Shown here: piece by piece, positions 12,313 through 26,793 of the stretch
Position numbering within the stretch: position 1 is the stretch's first letter
How the letters are laid out: every line of letters begins with the position of its first letter
Source of the DNA: Mizuhopecten yessoensis
Lineage: Eukaryota
DNA: 64,000 nt
Direction of reading: 5' to 3'
NCBI RefSeq assembly: GCF_002113885.1
Contig: NW_018408770.1
Coordinates: 308,281 to 372,280 of the forward strand
Notes under the pieces: generated by a model
The model's input: only the letters and a program-made list of their open reading frames with translations
Told to the model about the DNA's origin: nothing
Databases searched by the model: none
Program-made: the position numbers and the translations under genes

Positions 12313-12849
12313 GGGGTCGTTTATAAACAGATAATGCACACAAGTATTGACCGTACAACAAATACTTGCACTTAAGTGCTCTTCGTTTGTATTTATATAC
12401 ACTAGTCTTAATATGTACACACGAGCTGGCCATAAAGGTAGGAGTATCATCGATATATTCTCTTTATCATTCACGGTTTAGTTGGAGAAGTATATATAAT
12501 ATCATAGGTATAACCTTTAATCACAAGTTTGTGCACTTTTTAAATTCAATTGAAATTGATATAAAAGAGAAAAACAAATTATGTATGAAATACGTTATTA
12601 TGAAGAGTAAATAACTAGTTTATAATCAGTGTAGACAGAGCGTGTTACTGTTACAACAGTGCTTTTCATTTGAAGTGTTTCCCCGGACGATAACCGAGTG
12701 TAATCAAAGAAACACACAAATCAAATAGGGTTCAGCGGGTGTGTATTTGTTCACCATGCTGACCCTAACTATACCCCAGTACAACACAGGAAGTCTGTAA
12801 ATCGTACATTCATGAGAGCGTCGGGTTACCAATCGGGTCACTCTACTAC

Positions 12850-13660
12850 GCGAACATCCGGTTGAGAAAACAGATAACCTTTCGAAAGAGCATGTATCGT
12901 AAGAGCGACTGTCCCTAAGAGATATATTCCGATGTAAGAACGGATGTCCCTCCGAGAGAACATCCGGTTTAAGAACGAGTGTCCCAGACAATATCCGGTG
13001 TAGGAAAAAAATACCTCGCGATTGGACTTCTAGGTTAGACGGGCTGTCCCTCCGGGAGATAGTCCTATTTGAGCACGGATGTCCTTCCGAGAGATGGTCC
13101 TATTTAAGCACGGATGTTCCTCCGAGAGAACACCCGGTGCACGAACGGGTTACATTTTCGAAGACATTACCGGTGTAAGAACGGCCCTCCCTCCGGGAGA
13201 TAACCAGGTATAAGAAATATTGTCTCTCCCTGAGAACATCCGGCGTATGAACGGGTTTAAATATGAAGAAATACCCGATGTAATAACGTACTATCTTTAG
13301 GGGAGACATCCAGTGTTATAGAATGAGTTTCCCGCCTAAAGAACATCTGTTGAAAGAACGATTGTCTTTCCGAGAGATAATCCGATGTAAAAACGGCTCT
13401 CCTTCCGAGAGAATTGGATGTCCTTCCGAGAGAACTTCCGATGTAAGAACGATTGTCCGAGAGACCCGTCGGTAGTAAAAAGCTACCTTGAGAATGTACG
13501 AACACTTACACCTACGGAGGAACATCCGTTGTGACCGGTTCGGTTATCCGGTGTTAGAACGACGGTTCGAGAAAACACCCAAACAAGAACATTTATTCTC
13601 TCAGAGGAAATATTAGAATACGTGTCCTGCTGAACGAACATCCGTTATAGAAATGAATGC
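12850..13660. repeat. Highly degenerate ~33-35-bp tandem array
   Basis: Approximate consensus ATCCGGTGTAAGAACGGATGTCCCTCCGAGAGAAC recurs roughly 20 times with heavy divergence. Confidence 0.7.
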
Positions 13661-13934
13661 TCCCAAAAAAGAGCATGCCCGTCCAAGACAATCTATGTAA
13701 AAAAGTGCGTCATCTGGTATATCATCGATTGTATACATATACAAAAAGGTTTGTATATGCTACGTCAATTATCGCAACATAACGTTAAAAGCTAGGACTT
13801 TTCTGGTAGGTCAATGTATAGATTGTAAACCATGGTGTGTGGTGCGTACCTAGTCGTTGACTAATGACCAAATACGTTTGCATTGCGAACTCTGTCATTA
13901 AACGATTTTTCAGTAAAACAGACAACCTCAGGGA

Positions 13935-14555
13935 ATCCGGAATACCCCCTCAATACCCCTTAAACGTGTGACTCCAGAATACCCCATCAATACGCCTCAA
14001 ACATGTGACTCCGGTATACCCCCTTAAACATGTGACTCCGGAAAACCCTCTCAAACATTTGACTTCGGAATATCCCTCAAACATGTGACTCCGGAATACC
14101 CCCTCAATACCCCTCAAACACGTGACTGCGTAATACCCCCTCAATACTCCTCAAAAACGTGACTGAGGAATACCCCATGCCCCTCAAACATGTGACTCCG
14201 GAATAACCCAACAATACCCCTAAAACATGTGACTCCGGAATACCCCCTCAAACATGTGACTCCGGAATACCCCTCAAACATGTGATTCCGGAATACCCCC
14301 TCAATACCCCTCAAACATGTGACTGAGGAATACATCCATGCCCTTCAAACAGATGACTCAAAAATACCCCTTCATTACCCTTCAAACATGTGACTCCGGA
14401 ATACCCCATCAATACCCCTCAAACATGTGACTCCGGAATACCCCCTCAAACATGTGACTCCGGAATACCCCCTCAAACATGCGACTCCGGAATACCCCCT
14501 CAATACCCCTCAAACATGTGACTGAGGAATACCCCCATGTCCCTCAAACATGTGC
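13935..14555. repeat. ~28-bp minisatellite with 11-bp sub-duplications
   Basis: Unit AATACCCCCTCAAACATGTGACTCCGG with interspersed AATACCCCCTC. Confidence 0.9.
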
Positions 14556-14978
14556 AAATTGTTTACAATATAAGTAAAAAGGTTCATATACATGGGGATA
14601 CACTACTCGCTGTTTTAAAGTTCGCCGAAAAATCATTGTTATAGTTAGCATTGTTAGAAATGAACCCCACCTGTATCATTAAAGTACTGTTATTATGGTA
14701 ATGTGATGGGTTTAAATCACCCCAGGTTTATACATACTGTGACATACCACTTAGCCGTCGCTTGGTCACAGCCTCGCATGGGATGTGGGACTCGGTATGT
14801 GTCCATGTATAGCCTATATTGTACACTGGTAGACAAAGTACCTTCGGGGAGTGACGAGGACGTTCTATACAAAATACTGACGTAAGTATAATCTATCTTG
14901 TCTGGATGCAACGTGTAAATACTGAACATGGTATGACCATTGTGGGTTGGGTACTTTGTCATAACATTAGTTTGCGTA

Positions 14979-17900
14979 ACATTGGGGTCGTAGAACATTG
15001 GTTTGTGTGGCCTAGAACATTGGTTTGTGTGGCCTAGAACATTGGTGTGTGTGGCCGTACGTAGAACATTTGCGTGTGTGGCCGTAGAACATTGGTTTGT
15101 GTGGCCGTACGTAGAACATTGGTTTGTGTGGCCGTACGTAGAACATTGGTTTGTGTGGCCGTACGTAAAACATTGGTTTGTGTGGTCGTAGAACATGCGT
15201 TTGTGTGGCCTAGTACATTGGTTTGTGTGGCCGTACGTAGAACATTGGTTTGTGTGGCCGTACGTAGAACAATGGTTTGTGTGGCCGTATAACATTGGTT
15301 TGTGTGACCTTAGAACATTGGTTTGTGTGACCGTAGAGCATTGGTTTGTGTGACCGTATAACATTGGTGTGTGTGGCAGTAGAACATTGGTTTGTGTGAC
15401 CGTATAACACTGGTTTGTGTGGCCGTAAAACATTGGTTTGTGTGGTCGTATAACATTGGTTTGTGTGGCCGTACGTAGATTATTGAGGTCTGTGGCCGTC
15501 CGTACAACATTGGTTTGTGTGGTCGTAGAACATTGGTTTGTGTGTTCGTAGAACATTGGTTTGTGTGGCAGTAGAACATTGGTTTGTGTGGTCGTATAAC
15601 ATTGGTTTGTGTGGCCGTACGTAGATTATTGAGGTGTGTGGCCGTACGTACAACATTGGTTTGTGTGGTCGTAGAACATTGGTTTGTGTGGCCGTAGAAC
15701 ATGGGTTTGTGTGACCGTATAACATTGGTTTGTGTCGCCGTAGAACATTGGTTTGTGTGGCCGTAGAACATTGGTTTGTGTGCCCGTAGAACATTGGTTT
15801 GTGGGGTCGTATAACATTGGTTTGTGTGACCGTATAAGACTGGTTTGTGTGGCCGTAGAACATTGGTGTGTTTGACCGTAGAACATTGGTTTGTGTGGTC
15901 GTATAACATTGGTTTGTGTGGCCGTACGTAGATTATTGGTGTGTGTGGCCGTACGTACAACATTGGTTTGTGTGGTCGTAGAACATTCGTTTGTGTGACC
16001 GTATAACATTGGTTTGTGTCGTCGTAGAACATTCGTTTGTGTGGTCGTAGAACATTGGTTTATGTGGCCGTAGAGCATGGGTTTGTGTCGCCGTAGAACA
16101 TTCGTTTGTGTACCCGTAGAACATTGGTTTGTGTGGCCTAGTACATTGGTGTGTGTTGCCGTAGAACATTGGTGTGTGTGGCCGTAGAACATTGGTGTGT
16201 TTGACCGTAGAACATTGGTTTGTGTGGCCGTAGAACATAGGTTTGTGTGGCCGTAGAACATTGGTTTGTGTGACCGTATAACATTGGTGTGTGTGACCGT
16301 AGAACATTGGTTTGTGTGACCGTAGAACATTGGTTTGTGTGACCGTATAACATTGGTGTGTGTGACCGTAGAACATTGGTTTGTGTGACCGTAGAACATT
16401 GGTTTGTGTGACCGTAGAACATTGGTTTGTGTGACCGTAGAACATTGGTTTGTGTGACCGTAGAACATTGGTTTGTGTGACCGTATAACATTGGTTTGTG
16501 TGGCCGTAGAACATTGGTTTGTGTGGCCTGAAACAATGGTTTGTGTAGCCGTAGAACATTGATTTGTTTTACCGTAGAACATAGGTTTGTGTGGTCGTAG
16601 AACATGGGTTTGTGTGGCCTAGTACATTGGTTTGTGTGGTCGTACGTAGAACATTGGTTTGTGTGGCCGTAGAACATTGGTTTGGGTGACCGTATAACAT
16701 TGGTTTGTGTGGCAGGACGTAGATTATTGGTGTGTGTGGCCGTGCGTAGAACATTGGTTTGTGTGGTCGTAGAACATGAGTTTGTGTGGCCGTAGAACAT
16801 GGGTTTGTGTGGTCGTACGTAGAACATTGGTTTGTGTGGCCGTACAACATTGGTGTGTGTGGCCTAGTTTATTGGTTTGTGTGGCCTGAAACATTGGTGT
16901 GTGTGGCCGTAGAACATTGGTGTGTGTGACCGTATAACATTGGTTTGTGTCGCCGGACGTAGATTATTGGTGTGTGTGGCCGTGCGTAGAACATTGGTTT
17001 GTGTGGTCGTAGAACATTGGTTTGTGTGGCCGTATAACATTGGTTTGTGTGGCCGGACGTAGATTATTGGTGTGTGTGGCCGTACGTAGAACATTGGTTT
17101 GTGTCGCCGTAGAACATTCGTTTGTGTGGTCGTAGAACATTGGTTTATGTGGCCGTAGAGCATGGGTTTGTGTCGCCATATCACATGGGTTTGTGTAGCC
17201 GTAGAACATTGGTTTGTGTGACCTAGTACATTGGTGTGTGTGGCCGTAGAACATCGGTGTGTGTGGCCGTAGAACATTGGTTTGTGTGGCCGTAGAACAT
17301 TGGTGTGTGTGGCCTAGTTTATTGGTTTGTGTGGCCTGAAACATTGGTGTGTGTGGCCGTAGAACATTGGTGTGTGTGGCCGTAGAACATTGGTTTGTGT
17401 GGCCTTAGAACATTGGTTTGTGTGGCCTGAAACGTTGGTGTGTGTGGCCGTAGAACATTTGTTTGTGTGACCGTAGAACATTGGTTTGAGTGCCCTGAAA
17501 CAATGGTTTGTGTAGCCGTAGAAGGTTTGTGTGGTCGTATAACATTGGTTTGTGTGGCCGTAGAACATTGGTGTGTGTGGCCGTAGATTATTGGTTTGTG
17601 TGGCCTTAGAACATTGGTTTGTGTGGCCGTAGAACATTGGTTTGGGTGGCCTGAAACAATGGTTTGTGTAGCCGTAGAACATTGGTTTGTTTTACCGTAG
17701 AACATGGGTTTGTGTGGTCGTAGAACATCTGTTTGTGTGGCCTAGAACATTGGTGTGTTTGACCGTAGAACATTGCTTTGTGTGGCCGTAGAACATTGGT
17801 TTGTGTGCCATTAGAACATTGGTTTGTGTGGCCTGAAACAATGGTTTGTTTTGCCGTAGAACATTGGTTTGTTTTACCGTAGGACATGGGTTTGTGTGGT

Positions 17901-19525
17901 CGTAGAACATCTGTTTGTGTGGCCTAGAACATTGGTGTCGTATAACACTGGTTTGTGTGGCCGTAGAACATTGGTTTGTGGGACAGTAGAACATTGGTTT
18001 GTGTGGCCTGAAACGTTGGTGTGTGTGGCCGTAGAACATTGGTTTGTGGGACAGTAGAACATTGGTTTGTGTGGCCTGAAACAATGGCTTGTGTAGCCGT
18101 AGAACATTGGTTTGGTTTACCGTAGAACATTGGTTTGTGTGGTCGTAGAACATGGGTTTGTGTGGCCTAGTATATTGGTTTGTGTGGTCGTACGTAGAAC
18201 ATTGGTTTGTGTGGTCGTAGAACATGAGTTTGTGTGGCCGTAGAACATGGGTTTGTGTAGCCGTAGAACATGGGTTTGTGTGGCCGTAGAACATTAGTTT
18301 GTGTGGCCGTAGAACATTGGTTTGTGTGGCCGTAGAACATTGGTTGGTGTGGCCTGAAACAATGGTTTGTGTATCCGTAGAACATTGGTTTGTTTTACCG
18401 TAGGACATGGGTTTGTGTGGTCGTAGAACATCTGTTTGTGTGGCCTAGAACATTGGTGTGTTTGGCCGTAGAACATTGGTTTGTGTGGCCTGAAACATTG
18501 GTGTGTGTGGCCGTAGAACATTGGTTTGTGTGACATTAGAACATTGGTTTGTGTGGCCTGAAACAATGGTTTGTGTAGCCGTAGAACATTGGTTTGTTTT
18601 ACCGTAGAACATTGGTTTGTGTGGTCGTAGAACATGAGTTTGTGTGGCCGTAGAACATGGGTTTGTGTGGTCGTACGTAGAACATTGGTTTGTGTGGTCG
18701 TACGTAGAACATTGGTTTGTGTGGTCGTAGAACATGGGTTTGTGTGGCCTAGTATATTGGTTTGTGTGGTCGTACGTAGAACATTGGTTTGTGTGGTCGT
18801 AGAACATTGGTTTGTGTGGCCGTAGAACATGGGTTTGTGTGGCCGTAGAACATTAGTTTGTGTGGCCGTAGAACATGGGTTTGTGTAGCCGTAGAACATG
18901 GGTTTGTGTGGCCGTAGAACATCGGTTTGTGTGCCGTAGAACATTGGTTTGTGTGGCCTGAAACATTGGTGTGTGTGGCCGTAGAACATTGTTTTGTTTT
19001 ACCGTAGAACGTTGGTTTGTGTGGCCTAGAACATTGGTGTGTTTGACCGTAGAACATTGGTTTGGGTGGTCGTAGAACATTGGTGTGTGTGGCCGTGGAA
19101 CATTGGTTTGTGTTGCCTGAAACAATGGTTTGTGTAGCCGTAGAACATTGGTTTGTTTTACCGTAGAACATTAGTTTGTGTGGCCGTAGAACATGGATTT
19201 GTGTAGCCGTAGAACATGGGTTTGTGTGGCCATAGAACATTGATTTGTGTGGCCGTAGAACATGGGTTTGTGTGGCCGTAGAACATTAGTTTGTGTGGCC
19301 GTAGAACATGGGTTTGTGTGACCGTAGAACATGGGTTTGTGTGGCCATAGAACATTAGTTCGTGTGGCCGTAGAACATGGGTTTGTGTGGCTGTAGAACA
19401 TTGGTGTGTGTGGCCGTAGCACATTGGTTTGTGTGGTCGTAGAACATTGGTGTGTGTGGCCTAGTACATTGGTTTGTGTGGCCGTAGAACATTGGTGTGT
19501 GTGGCCGTAGAATATTGTTTTGTGT
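14979..19525. repeat. 23-bp satellite, about 4.5 kb (roughly 190 copies)
   Basis: Unit GGCCGTAGAACATTGGTTTGTGT with indel variants. It produces the many HTNQCST/HKPMFYG ORFs. Confidence 0.97.
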
Positions 19526-22500
19526 TGTTGGTACTTTGTCATTGACCATTAGTTTGTGTATTTATGCTTAGTCATATATCATTGTTTTTTGTAGTCGGTT
19601 CCCAGTTACATTTAACTATGGAATTGTGTAAAAGATTCTTTGTCAAAGATCATTAATTTTGTATAGCCCATATATTTTAAGCCTTTGTCCGTGTTTTCTC
19701 TGACCCAAAAGTAAAAATTTGAAATGAAGTCAACTGTTAAAATTGCATAAATAATTTCATAAATTAACCGACACCTTTCCTATTCAGTAAGTTGTACACC
19801 TGTAAAATTCACACCTAGCGATATTGTGAGATGTACCAGACATGTTTGGAGACTAGATCTTAGATCTCCTCAAGAAAGTGCGGAGAATCGACCCTTATCC
19901 CCAGTAGGAGGTATATACAGCTATGTCATGGTCCACCTACCCGACTGATCGATATCAATATCACACATGATCGGCTTTATTGAACAGTTGTGCCTCACCA
20001 CGAGGTTGGTTACGTCACGAAATGATAACCACGGCATTATAGGAGGTAACTCCCCACGACATACTGCTGGATACCCGTATACTAAGTAGGTAAGTTTCCC
20101 CCGTAATATATTAAGTATTCGGATGTGTTTTCGATAAAAGTTTTACGTATTAGTAATCGTATCTAAACAATACTTTTCCTCTCCTTTTTAGTTGTTGTAA
20201 TGTGCTGCCTACCGACACTTTAAGCGATACACTTGTAAATCTGTGTTCTTATGAGAGACCTAGAACAACAACGGAAGATATTTACACGTGAATTAATCAG
20301 ATTAGTATTGTCACGGAAACCCTGGCAATCTTTAGAGCTATGCATTTTCTGGTTGGTAGTTCCAGGAAGTGTCGAAGACTTATGTGTGGTTGTTTGTGTA
20401 GCTAGGGATGTATATCAAAACGTTTATATCCAGGTGTATACGGCTATATCAATATTTTGCCGGATGTCCTGGAGAGTCTAGTGTTAACGTAATCTTTGTG
20501 ATTTTTTTAATTTGATTCAATGATTTGGCACAGTCCCAGCGTGCACACGGTGATTTAGTTAGATTATTTTATATGCTGTTCACTTCATCAACATTTACAT
20601 TGATTTAATAAAGGCCGTCTCTGTTTGTTTGTAGTAACCTACGATGGCAGTGCACTTGTACGTCGGGCTGATGGATTATGTTATTCACACATTGACATTT
20701 TGTAAACATCGAGTTATTACAAGTTTAGTGTATGTCGATAGCTTGACCGCAGAGGCCCGTGTATGTTGGTACTCAGAACACATTTTGGAACCATGCAATG
20801 CACAATACCAAAAAAAGCGCCGCTAACGTAGTATACTCGTTATACCCTGTGCAGTCAGGGAAGATCAGGCCTACTGTAGCCTACGGTATGGTCGTGGGAG
20901 GCAACTAATGTGTCCCCGTCCCCAGCAGAATCGTGAGTTCTCGTCTGCGCTTAGGGACAGCTATATACCATTCTATGTTATCGTATGAGACGACCAATAC
21001 TGGCGCCGGTGGTAGAATTGGGTGGGTGGGTGTTGATTTGTCGTCTGTTTAGGGGACCAATATTGATATGTTACACGAGATCTCTAGTATTGAGTCATAT
21101 CCGAGACACGTGGTCTTTAGTATCGCTCTTCTGCTAAGGTGACATATCGGGGAAAGTTTTATAGACCTGACGATATTGTATGAGGCGACTAATGTGGGGC
21201 ATGTAAAGTCTGGATCCGTCTATCCGAGATACGAGCTATCCAGTGCTGAGTCTATACGAAACATCAGACCTCCAGTCATTTTTTATTTTATTTTTTCAAA
21301 ACACAATTCATGAGAAACAGGAAACAAACACAATGCTGATGGAACTTATTTATTACATATCATGTGAAACATTATTTTTTTAATATCTCGATACATGGCT
21401 AATACCGAAGAAATAAAACCCGATCGATAGCCTAAACTTTCACCAAACCTCACACCTAGTACTGAATAGATTTATAGCGGTTTTTGCTGTGTAAACAATT
21501 ATTTTAATTAGTTCTAGATCTACCAAATTGAGCATATTAGGGGAAAATACTGTCTTAATTCAGTTGTTAAATGACTATACAGCCTTTCTATTTAGTATAG
21601 GAGTTGTATCCAAATACCCAGCTGGACAGTGGGTATGAACTCGTTTGAAGTTACTGTGATAATACATCTACCAGTGGTACACAAACATTATTTACTTGGC
21701 GACACGGGATTTCAGATGTACGATTTGTAATCCAGTCCCATTAAAAATAATCAAAGATACCACATTCCTGTGATCTACTTATATTTTCTAAACATACATA
21801 AAAGCATGCGAATTTCTATAACTTTCGGCTTACACGTTATCAATCTTCAGTCCAAATTTAATGCTCCCACGACTGTACCCGGGCTATTTCTTCCTCCACA
21901 AAGAAGAGTTCCTGTTGTATTGTGTATAGATATAACCGGTGCCGTACAGACCATTCATACCTACTTTTAGCACTAAGCATGATGGATACTGATTGCCTAT
22001 TGATTAGTGTTTCTATAAAACCGTATTCCGTCGGTGTGACAAATCCTCTTAAGTTAGCTGTTCTGCCAATCCACAACCTTTTCTTCCTCCACGCTGTGAA
22101 GAGTTCCAGTATGATTAAGGATTGTATCCAATTCGATGTATTGATTCCACACACAAGTTAACTGATTAGCATAATTTCTTTTCGATTATTTCGTTATTGA
22201 AACGTATTTGTGACCAAAATATTCCCGGAGTATCAGCAGTGCGCCCAGTGGGAAGCTATAGTTATCAGCCATTCACAATAGTTTGTGACGTATGGCCCGC
22301 AAGAACTGGAATGCCCTCCTTACAAATCAAGTTTTATAGAATATTCAATAACAAACATGCATTGCAGCATATGGTTTTAGAGATAAAAGTTATCTCATAG
22401 CTAATAAATTACATGGATTTCAGAATCGTTATGGGAACTGGATATTGCTATGAAATCAAGGTGACCTTCAGAGAAGTCGGATTCTGTGAAGAGTTCCTAA

Positions 22501-22598
22501 TTGTACAACTAATCTCACGACGTACAGAAACGTTATAGTGTAAAATAGAATGCCTGAAAATATGGTGTATTCTACCTCGCTCAATTTCATCAAACTAT

Positions 22599-22763
22599 CC
22601 AGAAGGAGCTGAGAATGTGTTACAGCTATATTTGGACCTTAACTAGGATCATTGGTTGGCATTTTTACCGAAAGTTGCTCTTAACCCCTAAAACGTTTAA
22701 ACTCTGAAAACTTTAGTTTAGGACTATAGCCTAAAAGCTGTAATAAATCTCAGGTCCCTGTGG
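22599..22763. mobile_element. Internally deleted copy of the 6455-6707 MITE family
   Basis: Shares TTACAGCTATATTTGGACCT, TTGGCATTTTTACCGAAAG and the terminus CTCAGGTCCCTGTGG. Confidence 0.8.
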
Positions 22764-24699
22764 AAATATCCATCTCTCTACGGTTTTTTTGTTTGTTTTT
22801 CATTTGACTCTTACCGCTGAGCACGTCGAAACTAAGAAATATTTTATTTACATTGAATATGAAAATATATCTCAATTAAAAGCTGCTGAAACTTTAAAAT
22901 TTTCCCTCGTACGTTGTAGACAGTCTGGTATTGGTTCTGTCGTGTCCTAACGTGGATAAGTCAGTCTACACACAATGGACGTTCATTAATGAAACAATAA
23001 CACAACATCACCAGTTAACTTACTAACTAATTCCCTATGTTAGCCAGCACCTACTTAGTGTGACCAGTCCGGTGACATTGACACACTAACGTATACACCT
23101 GTACATGTACAGAGTATACTGAATCTGATGTATGTGGGGATAAATCTGACCCATACCCGGTTTATTCCGCCACAAATTTGCACAGAACCATTTAGAATTA
23201 ACAATAACATCCAAAACCGTAGATTACAACATCGTCAATGATTCCAAGTTGTGGACTATCCATGACAACTTCGAGAACACAAAAAACATATGTAGAAACC
23301 TAACTTGAGCCTTTATGGTACAAAAAGTCATATTTTGAAATCTAAAGCATCTCTTAAGAATGTCAAGAACTACCTTCAGAATCCAAAAACCCAAAATGAG
23401 AATAATGTGATGTATGTAAGTGATCTTGTATGGATCTTACTGGTCTTACTGATTTGTGTGAATGGACAATATACATCTGATAAAACTACTACAAAGAAGG
23501 TAAATACGATCATGTTTGAACATTTTATTGGAAAAAATAGTACTCCAAGGAAGTGTGTACATCGACTTCAACACAGCAACAGTTTTCCTGGACAGCAAAT
23601 AGAGCTCAAACTTGTTTGTGCATTAACTTCAGCAACTTCTCAAAGGCCTTGCAGAATACCGGCAATATATCTTAAAGTTGTTTGCACAATGAACACATTT
23701 TTCTATTAATTGCTTAAAAGGTCCACATCAAGTCATTTCAATCTGAGGGGCGACGTAATATACTCGAAAATGAACCCGAAAATAGAAAAAAAAATCGGTC
23801 AAAATGTGTGGTTTACAGTAACCAGCAGTAACAAGGCTTTAAATACCCAGCAGTCATATACAGTGTATTATTCAGTCAATATATACAATAAAATGTTAAT
23901 TGTCGTTTTAATGTCTTGTGTTTAAAGTTTATGATAGTATAGCGGTTACAGACACGTGATCGTTACTCCTGGTGCTGATATAGGGGTATTGTCTGATGTT
24001 GTATACAATTATATCCCGTCTGGATCACTGGGCAGACACACTGTATCAGGTTTCAGCAAGTAAGTAGACCTGCATAACGGTTGTTTACCTTATTGAAATT
24101 TTACAAGTTGTGAATTCAAGGGCAAATTCAAGTCTTGTGCGAATAGGTAACGAGAGCTTGACGACTTAACACCCATCCTCCCCTAGTGGTTGTGTCAGCG
24201 CACGTTTTGAATAATGAGATAATACAGTTGCTGTTTGACTCGCCTGGCGAAGTTCAGCAACGTGCTCGCCTGCTCAACGATTATTAAATGAATGCTCGTT
24301 TGGCTAATGTTTGATTGGCGAGCAATAGGTGTGCAATAAAAATAATGTACCTTAACAAATATACCTGGCGTTGGAAGCAACCTTGAACTACTCACCTGTC
24401 TTATGAGACAATAAATATGTACCGTGACATTTATTTGACTTTTGAGAAACTTAAATTGCATAGTTATACACTAACCTGGCTTATAAATATCCCGTTAAAA
24501 AATAACCATTTTCTGGGACACATTAACAAAGCAGTAATAAACTCACATGGCTAATGAGACACTATATAAATGAACCGTAACAACATTGTCTGGTTTTTGA
24601 GATACCTTAAATGGTAAGTTTTAATTCAACAGGCTTATGAGACATTATAAATGTACCGTAACACAGTCACTAGGCTTATGAGCCACTTAAAATGCATAT

Positions 24700-24756
24700 T
24701 GGTGAACCTAACGGACGACGGACGCCGCGATACGTCCTCCGGACCAAGTGAGCTAA
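24700..24756 (-). mobile_element. Helentron-associated (HINE/pearl-like) terminal fragment
   Basis: Minus strand reads TTAGCTCACTTGGTCCGGAGGAC..GGCGTCCGTCGTCCGT, i.e. terminal motif, hairpin and CGTC microsatellite. Confidence 0.5.
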
Positions 24757-26749
24757 TACATGTAGTGTAACAAATTTACCTGAATTTTGAGACACCCTAA
24801 AAATAAGATGTGGCGAACAGAACATCCTATAAGTACTGTGGCTAGACAATGTGATGGGTATAAGTACCTATAAGTACTGTGGCTAGACGATGTGATGGGA
24901 ACACGTACCCGGTACCAATATTGTTTCCAATGATTGCGGGATTTATTGTGTTGCAGTACTTCAGTGTATTTGTTTAGAGTGAGTAATATCAATCATGGGC
25001 GTGAATTTAAATCTAACCCGAAGTTATCGCTTTGTTATAATCTTTTGAACACTCCTACCCATACATCAATCATTACTGTTTACTTTTTATTTGAAAGTAT
25101 TCGTATACAAAGAGAAGACCGCAGTAAAGTAAATAGACAAACACACATGCGATGAGCAAACATTGATACATATGCCCCACGTGGTTCCATATGTACTATC
25201 TAATACAGAACTTTTACGTATTAACGGTGAAAGTCCTGCGATAAGTCTCAAACGAATATGGAAAAAGCTTTAGATGTTAAAATATGCTGTTTCTTTGTTT
25301 GATATGAAGGTCGAGATTTTTGGTTTGGTCACTAGAGGGCGCTGTGGTTTTGTTGTCGCTACCCGAGTCATCGCATTACTTGGATTCGATTTCGATATAC
25401 ATGGCGGGTGTCAGAGATGAAGCAGAAGACGCTTACACTTCCGGAACACCTGGTCTTATTCGCAATGTACTTTTCAGGGGTCTCAATGTAAATCTTTACC
25501 TTGATCCTATTTTGCCCTGGTTTTATTGATTTTGGTTTCAAATTGTGGTTTTGTTGACACTTCGGTATTATCTTGTTATTTTTCGTGGAAGTCCGCTAAA
25601 TAGGGCGAATACGGTACAAAAAAAATCGATTAGGACATGCAAACGACTTATAACAAACCAATTTTCTTGCTAATAAAGCCTTTTCACCAATGGAGAGTCT
25701 TTTTCATGGGCGAATTCAGAGCCGTGAGCGGCGAAGCAAGGAACAGTAGCACCAGGTTTTTAGTTGAAATTCTGCAAGTATAAGATCATCACGTAACCGT
25801 TTCCATGCTGAATTTTGTGCTCAAACATTCTAGTAACTCGCGGACAATGGTAGTAGGGATCTGTGCCACACCCCTATAGGGTCCAACATTGTCGCACGGA
25901 AGTCACGACGAGCTTTGTCTTGTACGTTTTTCACATACTTCGGATTGAAGTACATGTATTTCCTTCGGATATTCAACTAGCCGAGCTAAGCCGATCTCTG
26001 GTTTTGAAAACAATACGGAAACCTACCTATCTGTGACATTGTACTACGTGCGGTAATTGTAAAGTACACATGGACTTGTTTACAAGCGAGACCGTGTTAC
26101 TGGTAAACAATGGTATGACCCCTCAGGGACCTGCCAGGCTGATTGTTGTGCAGATTAAATCCAAACACAATGAAGATGTTCTCGATACTCCACATGGTGG
26201 TACTGTCTTATCTTTAAATACCGAATGTTTGTGCGACTCGTCAACAAACCCAAACCCACAGTCAGACTTCAGTGACGCTCCGCCGCAGACAGCCTTCGTT
26301 CAGGACTTATTTAGGAGCGTGCGCCTTTAAGGACGTCGAACATTGGAAGCCAGCCTAGAGAACATTACATCTGTATCGATGAGCGAGTGCCGAGAGGGAC
26401 AGCTGTTTATCTTTGGGATGTGAATAGGGAAACCACATCTATTATACATACACCGATCACAATTAATCATTTAGGGGAAAATATTTAATTCGGGAAAGGA
26501 AAACGTGAGTATTTCGTTCTGAATTGTGAAAAAAAATCATTATAGATTTATGTTATATATTGATTGAGCTCGTGCAATCACAGGTAAACGCTCGTGTATA
26601 GATGGCTGGAGGTCAAACAGACACGCAATTAATTCATGAATGGAATGATCAAGGTTACTGGATTTATTGAAATGAAAAGGTAAGACATGCCACATGAAAG
26701 GGAAAAAACACATCAAAGGAATCGGAAATTACTAGTGCTGTAGTACTGT

Positions 26750-26793
26750 CAACTTCGCGAGCCAAGGGTGTTCACCCTTGGCTCGCGAAGTTG
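26750..26793. mobile_element. 44-bp TIR-only mini-transposon with 9-bp TSD
   Basis: CAACTTCGCGAGCCAAGGGTG-TT-CACCCTTGGCTCGCGAAGTTG has perfect 21-bp arms. TAGTACTGT occurs at 26741-26749 and 26794-26802. Confidence 0.85.

Noticed and set aside
14717-19549. Dozens of overlapping HTNQCST/HKPMFYG ORFs
   Set aside because: They are translations of a 23-bp satellite in shifting frames. The unit is not a multiple of 3 and has frequent indels.
21815-22160. Minus-strand CTGAAGA..GAAAGTT motif with an upstream RKKRLWI frame (possible Penelope relic)
   Set aside because: Stem II does not pair and the protein similarity is too weak to support by eye.
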